A stretch of DNA of 64,000 bases from the NCBI GenBank assembly GCA_965223295.1, contig CBDCWC010000003.1, forward strand, positions 960,001 to 1,024,000, in the 5' to 3' direction. The translations under genes were made by a program, and so were the position numbers. The first letter of the stretch is position 1; each line of letters opens with the position of its first letter. The notes beneath the pieces are model-generated. The model worked only from the letters and a program-made list of their open reading frames with translations. It was not told where the DNA came from and did no database searches. Origin of the DNA: Nitrospirales bacterium. Its GTDB lineage: Bacteria; Nitrospirota; Nitrospiria; Nitrospirales; UBA8639. Positions 1 through 11,567 of the stretch are shown here, one piece after another.

Positions 1-170
1 CCGTGGTGAACAGCTTCCATACGAAAGGACAAGCGATGGACTTTTCCATTCCTGGGGTCCGACTTTCGATCATCCGACGAACAGCCAGGAAACTGCAACT
101 TGGTGGAGTCGGGTATTATCCTCAACAGGGCTTTATTCACATCGATACAGGCTCCCCTCGTTCCTGGTAG
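1..170 (+). CDS. 3' end of a DUF882/YcbK-like (peptidase M15) protein, partial
   Basis: Frame from nt 3 reads VVNSFHTKGQAMDFSIPGV...GGVGYYPQQGFIHIDTGSPRSW*, with SxH..AxD and FxHxD motifs. Not in ORF track. Confidence 0.85.
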   Translation, partial: VVNSFHTKGQAMDFSIPGVRLSIIRRTARKLQLGGVGYYPQQGFIHIDTGSPRSW

Positions 171-285
171 TCTGAATACTACCGTCTGATTTCCTTCGGA
201 TCTCCCTAAAGCTGATCCATTTCTCCTCTGCCTCTCTCTCTGTGTCCTTGACGTCTTCTTCTTTCCTGATAGACTTTCACTGAAG

Positions 286-489
286 GGGACTGTTGAATAA
301 TGATGATATCAACGGCCAAATTTCGTCTCTGCAACGTACCATGTCAGTGGCCTCGGGTCTGTTCAAAAAAGCCCGTCCAGCAAGGCCACAGCCATTTTTC
401 CGCGCGGAGCGTACTGGTCCTACGTGAGCACAGAAAGTGAGCACAGAAAAATGGCGAGAACGCCGCTAGCGGCTTTTTTCAACAGACCC
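286..489 (+). mobile_element. MITE family copy 1 (191 bp plus a 13-bp internal duplication)
   Basis: TIRs GGGACTGTTGAA / TTCAACAGACCC. Perfect TSD TGAAG (281-285, 490-494). GTGAGCACAGAAA is duplicated internally. Confidence 0.9.
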
Positions 490-712
490 TGAAGAGCTTT
501 TTCTCATTAAAAGACATCTTTTTTTACCCATTTAATCAATTCATGACAGCCCATTTTTTTTCCTTTCATTCTAAAGTCAACATCCACCACAACAGGCTCT
601 TCGTCGCACTTATTCCAGTTTTTGTTGATTAATCAAAGCCGGTCATTAGCATTTTTTCCTAAAACAAATTGGGGCAAACTGCCCTGGAGAACGGCTATAA
701 AGGAGCCTCGAT

Positions 713-1234
713 ATGGAAGAAGGTCTATCGACACCCGTCGGCACTCGCCGGTCATTTTTCGTCAAAGTCACCACAGCCATCTCCTCCTTCATTGGCATCT
801 CATTGGCACTTCCAATTGTCGGCTACCTCATTTCACCAGCTCTTCGTCGACAACCCAAGGAATGGGTTTCGGTGGGAAAGATCGATGATATTCCTGCGGA
901 TACACCAACAGCCTTGGATTACTCCATGACCGTGAAAGATGGGTGGCAAAACAGCCAATCAACCAAAGGCATCTGGGCCGTAAAACGGGAAGATGGCCAC
1001 GTCACCGTCTATTCACCGATTTGTCCACATTTAGGATGCGGCTATCGCTGGGGAAACCAAGAGCGGCTGTTTAAATGTCCGTGCCATGGCAGTGTCTATG
1101 ACATGGAGGGAACCGTGAAAGCGGGACCTGCGCCTCGACCGTTAGATACGCTCCCCTCGAAAGTAGAAAACGGAGAATTGCTGGTTCTGTATCAGGAATT
1201 TAAATCGGGCCTTCCAGACAAGGTGGAGTTATAA
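713..1234 (+). CDS. qcrA: Rieske [2Fe-2S] subunit of quinol:cytochrome c oxidoreductase
   Basis: Tat-like TRRSFF, CPHLGC and CPCHGS motifs, GPAPRPL. Confidence 0.95.
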   Translation: MEEGLSTPVGTRRSFFVKVTTAISSFIGISLALPIVGYLISPALRRQPKEWVSVGKIDDIPADTPTALDYSMTVKDGWQNSQSTKGIWAVKREDGHVTVYSPICPHLGCGYRWGNQERLFKCPCHGSVYDMEGTVKAGPAPRPLDTLPSKVENGELLVLYQEFKSGLPDKVEL

Positions 1235-1238
1235 CCCC

Positions 1239-2570
1239 ATGCGCGCGCGTCTCTATGATTGGATTGATAACCGACTGAAGTTACAACCCCTCGAGCAAAC
1301 CCTGCTCAACGAACCCATCCCCGGAGGGGCGAGTTGGAATTACGTATTTGGGTCGGCCACCTTGTTTCTCTTTGGGTTACAAGTCCTCACCGGCATGCTG
1401 CTCATGGTGTATTACGTCCCTTCCACAGATCATGCCTATGACACGGTGCGCTTCATTCAAGACGAAGTCTGGGGCGGCTGGTTTATTCGTGGCTTACACC
1501 ATTGGGGAGCCTCGGCGGTCATGATGGCCATCGGCCTGCATATGCTTCAGGTGTTTTTTGATGGCTCATACAAACGTCCACGCGAAATGATGTGGATTGT
1601 TGGAGTCGTATTGCTGATCTTCATGTTGGGATTTGGCTTTACGGGCTATTTGCTGCCTTGGGACCAGAATGCCTATTGGGCCACACAAGTAGGCATCAAT
1701 ATGGTGGGGTCAGTACCATTGATTGGAGATTTTCTTGTCAAAGTGCTTCGTGGCGGTGAAACGCTAGGGGCTCTCACCCTTTCAAGATTTTTTGCCATTC
1801 ATGTTGCGTTTCTACCTGCGGCGGTTATTCTTGGCATCATGCTGCATCTTTTTATTCTTCGGCGAGTTGGGCCTGCCGGGCCGCATGATGAAGCCAGAGC
1901 CAAGAAGGGCAGCGAGACCTTTTACCCACGGCAGGTCTATATGGACGCTATCGTGATGCTGGGTGTCTTTGTTGTCGTCTCAACGCTGGCTATTTTCATT
2001 GAGTTTCCACTGGCTGATCGAGCCGACCCATCTGACCATTCCTTTATCCCAGTGCCAGAATGGTACTTCCTCTTTCATTACCAGCTCTTGAAATATGCGC
2101 CAGGAGCTCTCGGTCCTCTTGCCACCTGGCTCCTCCCTTTGTTGTTTTTTACCGGACTATTTCTGCTCCCCTTTTGGGACCGAAACCCAGAGCGACATCC
2201 TTCCAGCCGGCCCATCACATTAACTGTCGGCATGGGATTTTTAATCATTATGTTTGTGTTGTTGGGAACATCACTTAAACAACTCTATGCCGTACCGAAA
2301 AAAGATCCATCCATCGAACGAGGAGTGGGTTTAGTGCAACAATTTGGATGTAAAACCTGCCATCGAATTCATGGTGAGGGCGGCAACCTAGCTCCAGACC
2401 TCTCGTTTGTGGCAGATCGGCGGCCTGATCGGGCCTGGCACATCCAACATTTCAAAAATCCGCAATCGGTCTCTCCTGGATCCTTCATGCCAATCTTCCC
2501 ACTGGATGACAAACAACTCAACGACCTCACAAGCTACATGCTCACCCTAAAAAGCGGCCATACTCCGTAG
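1239..2570 (+). CDS. qcrB: Cytochrome b (bc complex) with C-terminal fused c-type cytochrome
   Basis: GYLLPWDQ, PEWY, heme b histidines; C-terminal CKTCH plus distal Met. Confidence 0.95.
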   Translation: MRARLYDWIDNRLKLQPLEQTLLNEPIPGGASWNYVFGSATLFLFGLQVLTGMLLMVYYVPSTDHAYDTVRFIQDEVWGGWFIRGLHHWGASAVMMAIGLHMLQVFFDGSYKRPREMMWIVGVVLLIFMLGFGFTGYLLPWDQNAYWATQVGINMVGSVPLIGDFLVKVLRGGETLGALTLSRFFAIHVAFLPAAVILGIMLHLFILRRVGPAGPHDEARAKKGSETFYPRQVYMDAIVMLGVFVVVSTLAIFIEFPLADRADPSDHSFIPVPEWYFLFHYQLLKYAPGALGPLATWLLPLLFFTGLFLLPFWDRNPERHPSSRPITLTVGMGFLIIMFVLLGTSLKQLYAVPKKDPSIERGVGLVQQFGCKTCHRIHGEGGNLAPDLSFVADRRPDRAWHIQHFKNPQSVSPGSFMPIFPLDDKQLNDLTSYMLTLKSGHTP

Positions 2571-2612
2571 CTGGATCCTGAAGTAACAGCCATTCATCAA
2601 AGCTACAGGTAG

Positions 2613-2790
2613 GGGACTGTTGAATAATAATGATATCAACGACCAAATTTCGTCTCAGCAACGTACCATGTCAGCGGCCTCGGGTCTGCCCGCTCGCCTG
2701 CGGAAGCCGCTTTCAGCCTTCGTAGCCACTGTGGCGAAGGAGGCCCGGCGAAGGCAGGGAACGCCGTTGGAGGCTTTTTTCAACAGACCC
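2613..2790 (+). mobile_element. MITE family copy 2 with nested palindromic units
   Basis: Same TIRs and left arm as copy 1. Flanks GGTAG/GGTAT (4/5). Interior replaced by a CCTGCGGAAGCCGCTT...CGGCGAAGGCAGG unit. Confidence 0.85.
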
Positions 2791-2814
2791 GGTATTGGCG
2801 TAATACAAAACAAC

Positions 2815-3231
2815 TTAGCTCTCCTCATAATCCTGGATTACGGTACAGACAACTCGACGTTCCGTGCGCGGACCATCGAATTCACAGAAAAAGAGATTTT
2901 GCCATTGGGATAGGCCCAATTGGCCGTCAATAATCGGAATCGTCTCTGATGGCCCGACTAGACCAGCCTTCAAATGTGAATCGCCATTGCCATCTTGAGC
3001 ATCATGCAGCCACACCCCGGGCGGAATGAGTTGGCGCAATAAATTGACCACATCCATCGGGACACTCTCATCCCAATTTTCCTGGACCATGATGGCGGCC
3101 GTCGCTCCTTGTGCATATACATGGAGAATGCCATTCTGAATCCTACTTCGTTCAAGAACCGCTCGTGTGGCTTTGGTAATATCGATCAATTCCTCTCGCT
3201 GAGAGGTCTGTATCACGATAGTTTCGCGCAT
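2815..3231 (-). CDS. YjbQ/UPF0047 family protein
   Basis: GNGDSHLK and LSQWQNLFFCEFDGPR motifs. Confidence 0.9.
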   Translation of the reverse strand: MRETIVIQTSQREELIDITKATRAVLERSRIQNGILHVYAQGATAAIMVQENWDESVPMDVVNLLRQLIPPGVWLHDAQDGNGDSHLKAGLVGPSETIPIIDGQLGLSQWQNLFFCEFDGPRTERRVVCTVIQDYEES

Positions 3232-3269
3232 AAATCCCCCATTATTGAGGGTTCATCGCCCAGGCACAA

Positions 3270-3641
3270 TTACTTTACGACCACATTGATAGAGTCCGAA
3301 ACCGTCACCATATCATGGTCATGCGTAGCCACTTTGACCGTGATCGTATGAGGACCGCGAGGGACATCACTGAACTTTCCCTTGAATCCCTTCTGATATT
3401 CTCCATCTAGAAAGACATGGACATGATCGGCCATCATGCCTTTTCGAAAAGAGTAGGCGAGGTCAAACGCACTCTCAACAGTCGCTCCGTTCTGGGGAGA
3501 GGTAATTGTAATTGCAGACCCATCATGCACATCAAGCTGTTCTCCTGCCAACACATGTTGAGACACACCAAAACCAATACAAATTACGGCGAGAAAGACA
3601 CAGGTGAATCCACGCATAGGAGTCCTCCATTTGTGAAGCAT
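3270..3641 (-). CDS. Secreted small beta-sandwich protein, His-rich (DUF4399/DUF6130-like)
   Basis: Signal peptide; ITSPQNGATV, HVHVFLDG, GPHTITV motifs. Confidence 0.6.
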   Translation of the reverse strand: MLHKWRTPMRGFTCVFLAVICIGFGVSQHVLAGEQLDVHDGSAITITSPQNGATVESAFDLAYSFRKGMMADHVHVFLDGEYQKGFKGKFSDVPRGPHTITVKVATHDHDMVTVSDSINVVVK

Positions 3642-3709
3642 GAATATTCAAAAAACACGGGTATAACAGGTATTCTATCTCGAGTCGCTAACGCAGGTGA
3701 AGAAAATTT

Positions 3710-4099
3710 TTGATAGAGTCACCTATGCTTCGATTTTTCTTGCCGCTCGTACTCATCATGTCGTTCCCTGGACTAGGAGCAATGACGGCCTGTGCGTTTC
3801 AAGAAGAAGTTGATTGGATATGGAATGACACAAAGCCGACAGCTAGGCAAGGGCCCACATGCATGAAGTTTACTGTGAAAGCCTACCCCATCAAAATTCT
3901 TCGAGGAAATGTATCAGGCCGTACCTGTATAGAAAAATCCATCGAATCATATCAAAAAGGCGACCAAGAAGAAGCCTTAGGATGGATTCTTGCAGGACAA
4001 TGTCATGATCGACTGGCACGGGAAACCATCGTGAAACATGCCCCCAAAGTCTTGGAATATGTGTTACGCAAATACGAGAATGAAATTCCCGCGAAGTGA
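3710..4099 (+). CDS. Hypothetical secreted protein
   Basis: Hydrophobic N-terminus, Cys-containing body. Confidence 0.55.
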   Translation: MIESPMLRFFLPLVLIMSFPGLGAMTACAFQEEVDWIWNDTKPTARQGPTCMKFTVKAYPIKILRGNVSGRTCIEKSIESYQKGDQEEALGWILAGQCHDRLARETIVKHAPKVLEYVLRKYENEIPAK

Positions 4100-4251
4100 T
4101 TGAAGAGGTTTTCTCTTCAATAAGATACGATCCACTGAAAATAGAATTGCCTAAGTTTTACAAACAATATTTCGCCGCCTACTAACTCACAGTGCAATAA
4201 ATCATCTACAGCGTTTGACCGTGGTAGTTGGCCAAGTCCTGAACGATTTGG

Positions 4252-4589
4252 TTAGGGGTGAGCGTTTGCAAATCGAAGCGCTTCGCCAAAAGTTCGGTAT
4301 TCCCGAAGGTCAATGGGGCGAGGATTATACGGAAGCGGTCGTCGGGCAATCATTGATTAATGAGAGACGTGTAAGAGGTATACCACTGACACGCTTTTTC
4401 GTAAGCCTGTTGCACCGCTGGAGGCTCTTTCCATGGAGTAAGGTCAAGATGTTCATTCACAAGAATTTCTAACCACAAAAGACGAACAGCTCGTGGACTT
4501 TCAAGGATCTCCTCAAATGTGCTCAGACCTGTGTACGCAGGCAACAGCTTCATCGGGAAATCAGGCTGAACTGGCGGGAACACTTTCAT
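4252..4589 (-). pseudogene. Hypothetical protein, frameshifted near 4355
   Basis: ORF 4350-4589 stops at LINQ*. One added base continues it as SMIARRPLPYNPRPIDLREYRTFGEALRFANAHP* to 4252. Confidence 0.55.
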
Positions 4590-4639
4590 ACACTGAGTCT
4601 ATGCGAAGAGAGCGGTTTGAACAAGCCCACATACCATAT

Positions 4640-4830
4640 GGGGCTGTTGAATATAATGATATCAACGGCCACATTTCGTCTCCGCGACATCACATATCAG
4701 AGGCCTCAGGGCTGTTCAAAAAAGTCCGTCCAGCAAGGCCGCAGCCATTTTTTGCGCACGGAGCGTACTGGCAGTACGTGAGCACGGAAAAATGGCGAGA
4801 ACGCCGCTGGCGGATTTTTTCAACAGACCC
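4640..4830 (+). mobile_element. MITE family copy 3 (191 bp)
   Basis: TIRs GGGGCTGTTGAA / TTCAACAGACCC. Perfect TSD CATAT (4635-4639, 4831-4835). Confidence 0.9.
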
Positions 4831-4846
4831 CATATCTCAAAATGAG

Positions 4847-4881
4847 AGGAGCCGGGCCCTATGTGGAGCCCGGCTCCTTTT
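4847..4881. terminator. Hairpin downstream of icd
   Basis: AGGAGCCGGGC...GCCCGGCTCCT stem followed by T run. Confidence 0.6.
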
Positions 4882-4921
4882 CAAAGCCAAGATATTCAAT
4901 CGACCTAAATATTCTGCTCGC

Positions 4922-7159
4922 TTAATTCAAAGTCGCCAAAATCTTGTTAAGGGTGGCACTGGGTCGCATTCCCGTGGCCACCTTGGCCGGATCCGGGTGA
5001 TAGTAGCCGCCGATATCCACTGGTTTGCCCTTCACAGCCTTCATCTCTTCGAGAATTTTATCAATGTTCGCTTCGAGTTCTTTCGCAACTGGTGCGAACT
5101 TCGCCTTCAATTCCTGATCGTCATTTTGAGCGGCCAGTTCTTGGGCCCAGTACATAGCTTCATAAGCATGGCTTCCCGCATTATCCAATTCTCCAAGGAC
5201 TCGTCCTGGTGATTTGCGGTTATCCATAAGTTTTCCTGTTGCACGATCCAACGTATCCGCCAACACCTGCGCTTTTTTGTTGTTCTTGAACCCGCTGAGG
5301 TGCGCAAACGATTCCGACAAGGCTAAAAACTCGCCCAGCGAATCCCATCGTAAATGCCCTTCTTTCAAGAATTGTTGCACGTGCTTTGGCGCCGATCCGC
5401 CCGCACCAGTTTCAAATAACCCGCCGCCGTTAATCAACGGCACGATTGACAACATTTTGGCACTCGTCCCCAATTCCAAAATCGGGAACAGGTCGGTGAG
5501 ATAATCCCGGAGCACGTTCCCCGTGGCCGCAATGGTATCTTGCCCGTCTTTGGCTCGCTTCAAGGAATGTTTCATGGCATCGATGGGAGCCATGACTTGA
5601 ATGTCCAATCCGCTCGTATCATGATCTTTCAAATAGACATTCAATTTTTCGATAAGTTGTGCATCATGGGCCCGGTTTTTGTTCAACCAGAACACTACGG
5701 GCATACCAGAAGCCTTGGCTCGATTGACGGCCAATTTCACCCAATCCCGTATTGGAATATCCTTCACGATACAGGAGCGGAAAATGTCACCTGTTTCTAC
5801 CGCTTGCTCATGCAAGACATTCCCTGCACCGTCAATGAGCCGAATGGTTCCATTACCCGGAGCTTCGAAGGTTTTGTCATGTGATCCGTATTCTTGAGCT
5901 TTTTGGGCCATCAACCCTACATTGGGCACGGTTCCCATCGTGGCAGGATTGAATTCTCCGTTTTCCCGGCAAAAATCCACCACGGCTTGGTAGATGCCGG
6001 CATAGCTTCGATCGGGGATCATCGCCTTCATATCATGTTCTTTGCCATCCGGTCCCCACATCTTTCCACCAACCCGCAGAGCGGCCGCCATTGAGGCATC
6101 GATGATGATGTCGCTCGGCACATGCAAATTAGTAATCCCTTTGTCAGAGTCTACCATCGCCAATTTGGGGCCATTGTTTTGGGCGGCTTCAAGATCCGCT
6201 TTGATTTCTTTCTGTTGAGCGTCGGGCAACGATCCGATCTTAGCGTACACATCACCAATCCCGTTATTGGGATTCACCCCAAGCTCATTAAAGACCTTTT
6301 CGTGCTTCTTGAAGACATCCTCATAATACACGCTCACGCAATGGCCAAAAATGATGGGGTCCGACACTTTCATCATGGTGGCTTTCATGTGGAGAGAGAA
6401 CAAGACATCTGGTTGCTTCTTGGCATCGGCCACCTGATCCTTGAAGAATTGCCGTAAGGCCTTGACGCTCATCTTCGTGGCATCCACCACATCACCCTTT
6501 TCCAACGTGACGTCATCTTTCAACACCTTGGTGGACCCATCGGCCCCCACAAACTCGATCCGGCCTTTTCCAGCGGTTTGATCGGTAATCGTCGTGGACT
6601 TTTCATTCTCGAAAAAATCGCCGCCGGACATACTGGCAACATGAGTTTTTGAATCCTTTGCCCATTTCCCCATTTTGTGGGGATTTTTTTGGGCATATTG
6701 CTTGACAGACGATGAAGCGCGTCGATCAGAGTTGCCCTGCCGTAACACCGGATTCACCGCACTGCCTTTGACCTTGTCAAACTTGGCCTTGATAGCCTTC
6801 TCTTCCTCATTCTTCGGATCTTCCGGATAGTCTGGAATGTCATATCCTTGTTCTTGCAATTCTTTCACGCAGGCCTGAATCTGAGGAATCGAGGCGCTGA
6901 TATTGGGAAGCTTGATGACATTGGACTCCGGCGTCACCACGATCTCACCCAACAAGGCTAAATCATCCGGCTGTTTTTGCTCCGGCTTCAACCTTTCCGG
7001 AAACTGAGAAATAATACGCCCAGCTAGGGAAATATCTTTGGTGCCGACGTTGACACCCGCCGTCCCGGCAAAAGCTTGGATGATTGGCAAGAACGACCCA
7101 CTTGCCAGTTCTGGCGCTTCATCCACTTTTGTGTAAATGATATCAGGCTGTGCAGACAT
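4922..7159 (-). CDS. icd: Monomeric NADP-dependent isocitrate dehydrogenase
   Basis: [44 protein letters not shown]; 745 aa. Confidence 0.97.
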   Translation of the reverse strand: MSAQPDIIYTKVDEAPELASGSFLPIIQAFAGTAGVNVGTKDISLAGRIISQFPERLKPEQKQPDDLALLGEIVVTPESNVIKLPNISASIPQIQACVKELQEQGYDIPDYPEDPKNEEEKAIKAKFDKVKGSAVNPVLRQGNSDRRASSSVKQYAQKNPHKMGKWAKDSKTHVASMSGGDFFENEKSTTITDQTAGKGRIEFVGADGSTKVLKDDVTLEKGDVVDATKMSVKALRQFFKDQVADAKKQPDVLFSLHMKATMMKVSDPIIFGHCVSVYYEDVFKKHEKVFNELGVNPNNGIGDVYAKIGSLPDAQQKEIKADLEAAQNNGPKLAMVDSDKGITNLHVPSDIIIDASMAAALRVGGKMWGPDGKEHDMKAMIPDRSYAGIYQAVVDFCRENGEFNPATMGTVPNVGLMAQKAQEYGSHDKTFEAPGNGTIRLIDGAGNVLHEQAVETGDIFRSCIVKDIPIRDWVKLAVNRAKASGMPVVFWLNKNRAHDAQLIEKLNVYLKDHDTSGLDIQVMAPIDAMKHSLKRAKDGQDTIAATGNVLRDYLTDLFPILELGTSAKMLSIVPLINGGGLFETGAGGSAPKHVQQFLKEGHLRWDSLGEFLALSESFAHLSGFKNNKKAQVLADTLDRATGKLMDNRKSPGRVLGELDNAGSHAYEAMYWAQELAAQNDDQELKAKFAPVAKELEANIDKILEEMKAVKGKPVDIGGYYHPDPAKVATGMRPSATLNKILATLN

Positions 7160-7431
7160 AAGATTGGCCTCCTAAAGGTTAGACAACTGAAAAACTGATC
7201 TTCCTGAAAAATGGGAAACGAAATAATCTCTGACCCTACAAAGCATGAAAGTGTAATACGAAAACGGCAGTTGGACAATCAACCGAAAGGCCCAGACGGG
7301 GGGGAGAGACTAAAGACCCAGATTAGGAGAAGTGATTTGAGAAATTGGTTTATTTAGGAAAGAAAAAATCTAAAATTCTGTTAAGTTTCCAATACTTTTG
7401 AGCCATCTCCTCAAAAACGTGAGAGCAAACC

Positions 7432-7875
7432 TTACCGAATATAGACATAGTATTTGAGCATATCTTTCCAGGTGAGAATACCCTCGATCACATCATGGTC
7501 GGATACCACTGGTAAACACGAAATACTATGTTCCAACAACAAGATGACAGCCGTATCGATGGCCGTGTCTTGCCTCACGGTAATGAGGTTCATCGACATG
7601 ATATCGTGGGCCACCGTTTTGAGCAGGGCCTGATCTTGCTCGCTGGCTTTGCCGGTACCCAGAAAAGGGCTCGAGGTCCTCAGGACATCTCGATCAGAAA
7701 TGACGCCTAGCAATTTCTGCTCTTCGCCAACAAGTAGATGATGATAGGACACGCGGCTGAAAATATCCCGTAATTCTCCCAAGGTCACGGTCGGCAACAC
7801 ACAATGAACATTTTCACTCATAATATTCGTCACAAGCATCATCCTATCCTCTTTTCTGTTCAACGAGTTCATCAC
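7432..7875 (-). CDS. CBS domain pair protein (start probably ~7842)
   Basis: Two CBS repeats: LLGVISDRD and ISCLPVV..GILTWKD. Confidence 0.85.
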   Translation of the reverse strand: MMNSLNRKEDRMMLVTNIMSENVHCVLPTVTLGELRDIFSRVSYHHLLVGEEQKLLGVISDRDVLRTSSPFLGTGKASEQDQALLKTVAHDIMSMNLITVRQDTAIDTAVILLLEHSISCLPVVSDHDVIEGILTWKDMLKYYVYIR

Positions 7876-9309
7876 CTAATTGTCGCCATGTACGGCCTGT
7901 CATCTTTTCTGAAGTGTTTGTACTGATATTATTGATCGTCATCACCACGTTAGGATAAATCGTTCTTGATACTTTTATTGAAGCTTTTTTCTGTTGTTCG
8001 ATTTCAGGTTCAAGCGCTAACAACTGCTGACGTAATCGTGTTATCTTTTCATTGATAGCCATAATCGTATTCTCAATCTTTGTCACCTTATTTACCGGAG
8101 TTTTTCCAAGAACTGTGCTTTTGTTTTTCTCAACTTTTTCAAGAATGTTTTGGAGTTGGACAATTTCGCTCAATCGTGTCTCTAATTCTTTTTTGAGTTT
8201 TTGATAGACCACATATAATTTACTCAGTTGTCCCACCACTAATCGTGTCGGCACATAGCTCTCGTTTCCTAATTGCTTGATCACGGCTTGTTTCCCCGCT
8301 TCACAGATGCCGCCAAACAAAACCCCTTTTCCATGGGATGCCCAAGCAGGACTTGATTTCCTGCTTTCACAACGCTGTGAATAATATATTCTTTCACCAC
8401 AATATTATTGTGCGCGTTCATCGTTGAGGCATTGACAAAACTGGCTTCGATATTCTCTCCGGCTTCAATACCGTATTCCACGATTTCCCCGTCTATAGTG
8501 GCAGCCCCATCTTCACCCAAAATACCCCCGCCAATGCGGATGGTTTTCCCCGCCTTGATATGTGCCCGTTCGACAGCTCCCCGCACACTCACATCGCCGG
8601 TGACATTAATGGTCATACCTGAAGCTACATCGCCTTTCACTTCTAACGAGCCATCAAATGTAATATTCCCCGTATGAGCATCAACATTCTCCACATGAAG
8701 AACAGGATCAACGTTGACTCCATGATTCACAAAGACGGGATGCCCTTTTGTCTCTGCAAGGAGTAGGTTGGGATCTTCTGGCGAAAGAACCACGCCCGTC
8801 AGTTTCTTAGCAAATTCCGCATCTTTCCCCGCCTTTGGCATGATGGTTTCACCCATGACATCCATGCCTGGATTGCCAGCAGTCGCTGGCACGCGTTTCA
8901 TGAGAGGTGTATTGATGTCGACAACCAAAAATTGATGGGTCCACCCCATGTCGGCCACACCATGTTCATCGACGACAGGCGGAGCAATGACTTCACTTTT
9001 CACAAGTGAAACAAATTCCGCATCTTTCCCGTCTTCAGACATGCGCGCTCGGGCAATGCACACATTGGTCGCCGATTGGTTCTGAACACAATCGGCAAGC
9101 ACGGTCCGATCAATGAGCGAATCGACAATCCCAGCTTGGGCAATGGCCTGAAGGGTTTCGTCCAAAGTAATGGGGTCCGCCCCCTCTACTGGTGTCAGCG
9201 CCAATAAAGCCTGAAGTCTGTCGCTGGAAATCGACACTGACACCCTGGGATCAGTCAGTTTTGTCGATAAATCCTGACATTCGTCTACGTGTTGCGCCTG
9301 GTCAATCAA
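7844..9309 (-). pseudogene. FapA/DUF342 family protein split by a frameshift near 8334
   Basis: VDAHTGNITFDGSLEVKGDV beta-helix repeats. Second ORF continues with GG..AGK..IKQLG, a coiled coil and IYPNV. Confidence 0.8.
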
Positions 9310-9756
9310 CGCTCATCATCCTTGATCACGAATAGTGACATATCAGTCCTTGGACAAAGATCACCCTTGGAATGACTATTTATCGCCTCTACCATAAAAT
9401 TCGGCATTCTTGCCAAAGTTCTTAATGTGTTTCACCTAAACATGGTCGTAGCTTTGTTATGGTGCATCCCGCATTTTCCTGGGTAACAATATGGAGCTGA
9501 GTCTCTGAGGCAACCCCCTTTGTAAGGAGGGGCCAGGGGAGGTAGAAACACCAGTCGCTACGAGGCTATTGGAGCTAGTGGAACAATGGCAGGACTACGT
9601 AGCTGTGTCCCTCTACTCCACCGAATTACTTGGTTCTTCATCGGAACCAAGCCCCATACAACTGGGAGAAACTCTTAGCTCTGTTCTTTGGCAGGCAGTT
9701 GGAAGTGACCTTTTACATCGGAAGTATCTTAGAGTCTACAAGAGAATGACTGGCCC

Positions 9757-10158
9757 TCAATTAACTTTCTCAAAAATAAGTGGCGTCATTCTGCCGACAT
9801 CGGGAATGGATTCCAATTTTTTCCCGGATCCAAAGTGGGAAATAAACCCTGTCCATAACCAGGAACGGTACACTTTGACATCTGGTACTAAATCCAACCA
9901 AATGGGCAATGAGGAAATAATGTCTGGATCTTGATGGCTCACAAACAACACTCGAATATTTTGAATGGGCACATATTTCGTCAGTTCTGCTAACACGGTT
10001 GGGAAAATTTCCACTCCACCCGGATCAAGCAACATGGCCTCACCGTTACTGACAATAACCAGTTCATTTGTATCAGTCACATCAGGATGCTTTTCCGGGT
10101 CCCGGCCTAACACTATCCATTGATGACCGTTCTGTTCAAAAATAACCTGACTTTTCAT
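9757..10158 (-). pseudogene. Truncated MBL-fold oxygen-binding di-iron (ODP-like) protein
   Basis: LLDPGG and SHQDPDI motifs. Only 133 aa; the C-terminal half of the MBL fold is missing. Confidence 0.7.
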
Positions 10159-10695
10159 ACATTCCTCCCGCAGGCCAAAACCTCTAGCGCATTGCTCCCT
10201 TGAGCAATGGCATCTTTCATGTTGTTAAAATTACTCTCCAGCCGCTCGATTGTTTCATTGAGCGTGTAGGCCAAATTACTAAAATTATCTTGTTTTTCAG
10301 AGAGGTACGCCGCTTCCACTTTAATATACAACGACAAATATTGAGCCGTCGTCCCAACCCCTTTGATATTTTTCGAGGCCAGCTTGGCTTTCCCCAGACA
10401 TTGTATCGACTTTCGCAATAACTGGATCGTCTCACTATGATTGACTTGGCACTGATGTGAAAGACGCTGAAGGTTGTCAAAAATAATTGGGGGTAATCGC
10501 TCAAAAAATGGATGTTTCATGAATTTGGCCACATCTGATGAACGCGAAAGATTCATGTCCGCCATTTCTTTTAAGAACGAGGTGTCGTTAGAAATAATCT
10601 ACTTGAGTACCATTGAGACCAAACACATAATCTGTTGGTAATATCGCCGCACTAAATCTGAGCATTTGGCGGTATTTTTGGCTATTTGCGTACAC
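10155..10695 (-). pseudogene. Chemoreceptor signalling-like helical protein fragment, cut by IS3
   Basis: YLSLYIKVEAAYL...FSNLA resembles the MCP hairpin tip. Frame runs up to the IS end with one in-frame TAG near 10600. Overlaps the ODP start. Confidence 0.5.
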
Positions 10696-10734
10696 TGACG
10701 TGCCCCCAGTGATTGTTCCAGTGTGCATGCAGCT

Positions 10735-11517
10735 TTAAGCGCATTTTGGAATTAATGCCTCAGGGGTTGGTGGTTTGTATCCTAAAGCGCTATGGGGACG
10801 CACCTGCTTATAGTGTTGCCGCCACCATTCGATGAGCACTTGCGCTTCCCGGAGCGTATAGAAGATTTCCCCGTTCAAGAGCTCATCCCGCAGTTTGCCA
10901 TTCAAACTCTCATTATAGCCATTCTCCCAGGGGCTGCCTGGTTCGATAAACAAGGTGCCGACCCCTAGCTGGGCGAGCCATTGTCGAACAGCCTTCGCGG
11001 TAAATTCTGGGCCGTTATCCGAACGAATATATCCCGGACAACCGTGCTGCAGAAACAGCTCAGCCAGCCGATGTAGCACATCATCGGCTCGAAGATGCCG
11101 AGCGACCTCAATAGCCAAACATTCTCGGGTATATTCATCGACAATGGTCAGCAAGCGTACCGGGCGACCATCATGGGTCCGCGTGGCCACAAAATCGTAG
11201 GCCCAGACATGATTTGGATGTTGAGGCTGGAGCCGCACACAGGAGTCCTTGTTGATCCAGAGTCGCCCCCGTTTGGGTTGCTTCTTCGGCACTTTTAAGC
11301 CTTCCCGCCGCCAAATCCGTTCCACGCGTTTATGATTCACGTGCCAGCCCTCGACTCGAACCAACGCGGTGATGCGTCGGTAGCCATAGCGCCCATACTT
11401 TCGAGCCAGCCGCACAATCGTTTTAGTTAACGCTTCTTCGTCCCCTCGGACCTGAGCCTGATACCGCTGTGTCGATCGAGGTTGCCCCAGCACCTGGCAC
11501 GTCCGCCGTTCCGCCAC
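10735..11517 (-). CDS. IS3 transposase OrfB (rve DDE domain)
   Basis: [25 protein letters not shown]. Joined to OrfA by a -1 frameshift at GGGAAAC near 11575. Confidence 0.95.
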   Translation of the reverse strand: MAERRTCQVLGQPRSTQRYQAQVRGDEEALTKTIVRLARKYGRYGYRRITALVRVEGWHVNHKRVERIWRREGLKVPKKQPKRGRLWINKDSCVRLQPQHPNHVWAYDFVATRTHDGRPVRLLTIVDEYTRECLAIEVARHLRADDVLHRLAELFLQHGCPGYIRSDNGPEFTAKAVRQWLAQLGVGTLFIEPGSPWENGYNESLNGKLRDELLNGEIFYTLREAQVLIEWWRQHYKQVRPHSALGYKPPTPEALIPKCA

Positions 11518-11567
11518 CCTCAGTCGTTGCCCAATGGTGTGAACGGCTCGGCGGCGTCGGGTGGGGC

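Noticed and set aside
286-2790. Composite transposon carrying qcrAB between two same-orientation MITEs
   Set aside because: Each copy has its own TSD, and the outer flanks (TGAAG versus GGTAT) do not match, so the insertions were independent.
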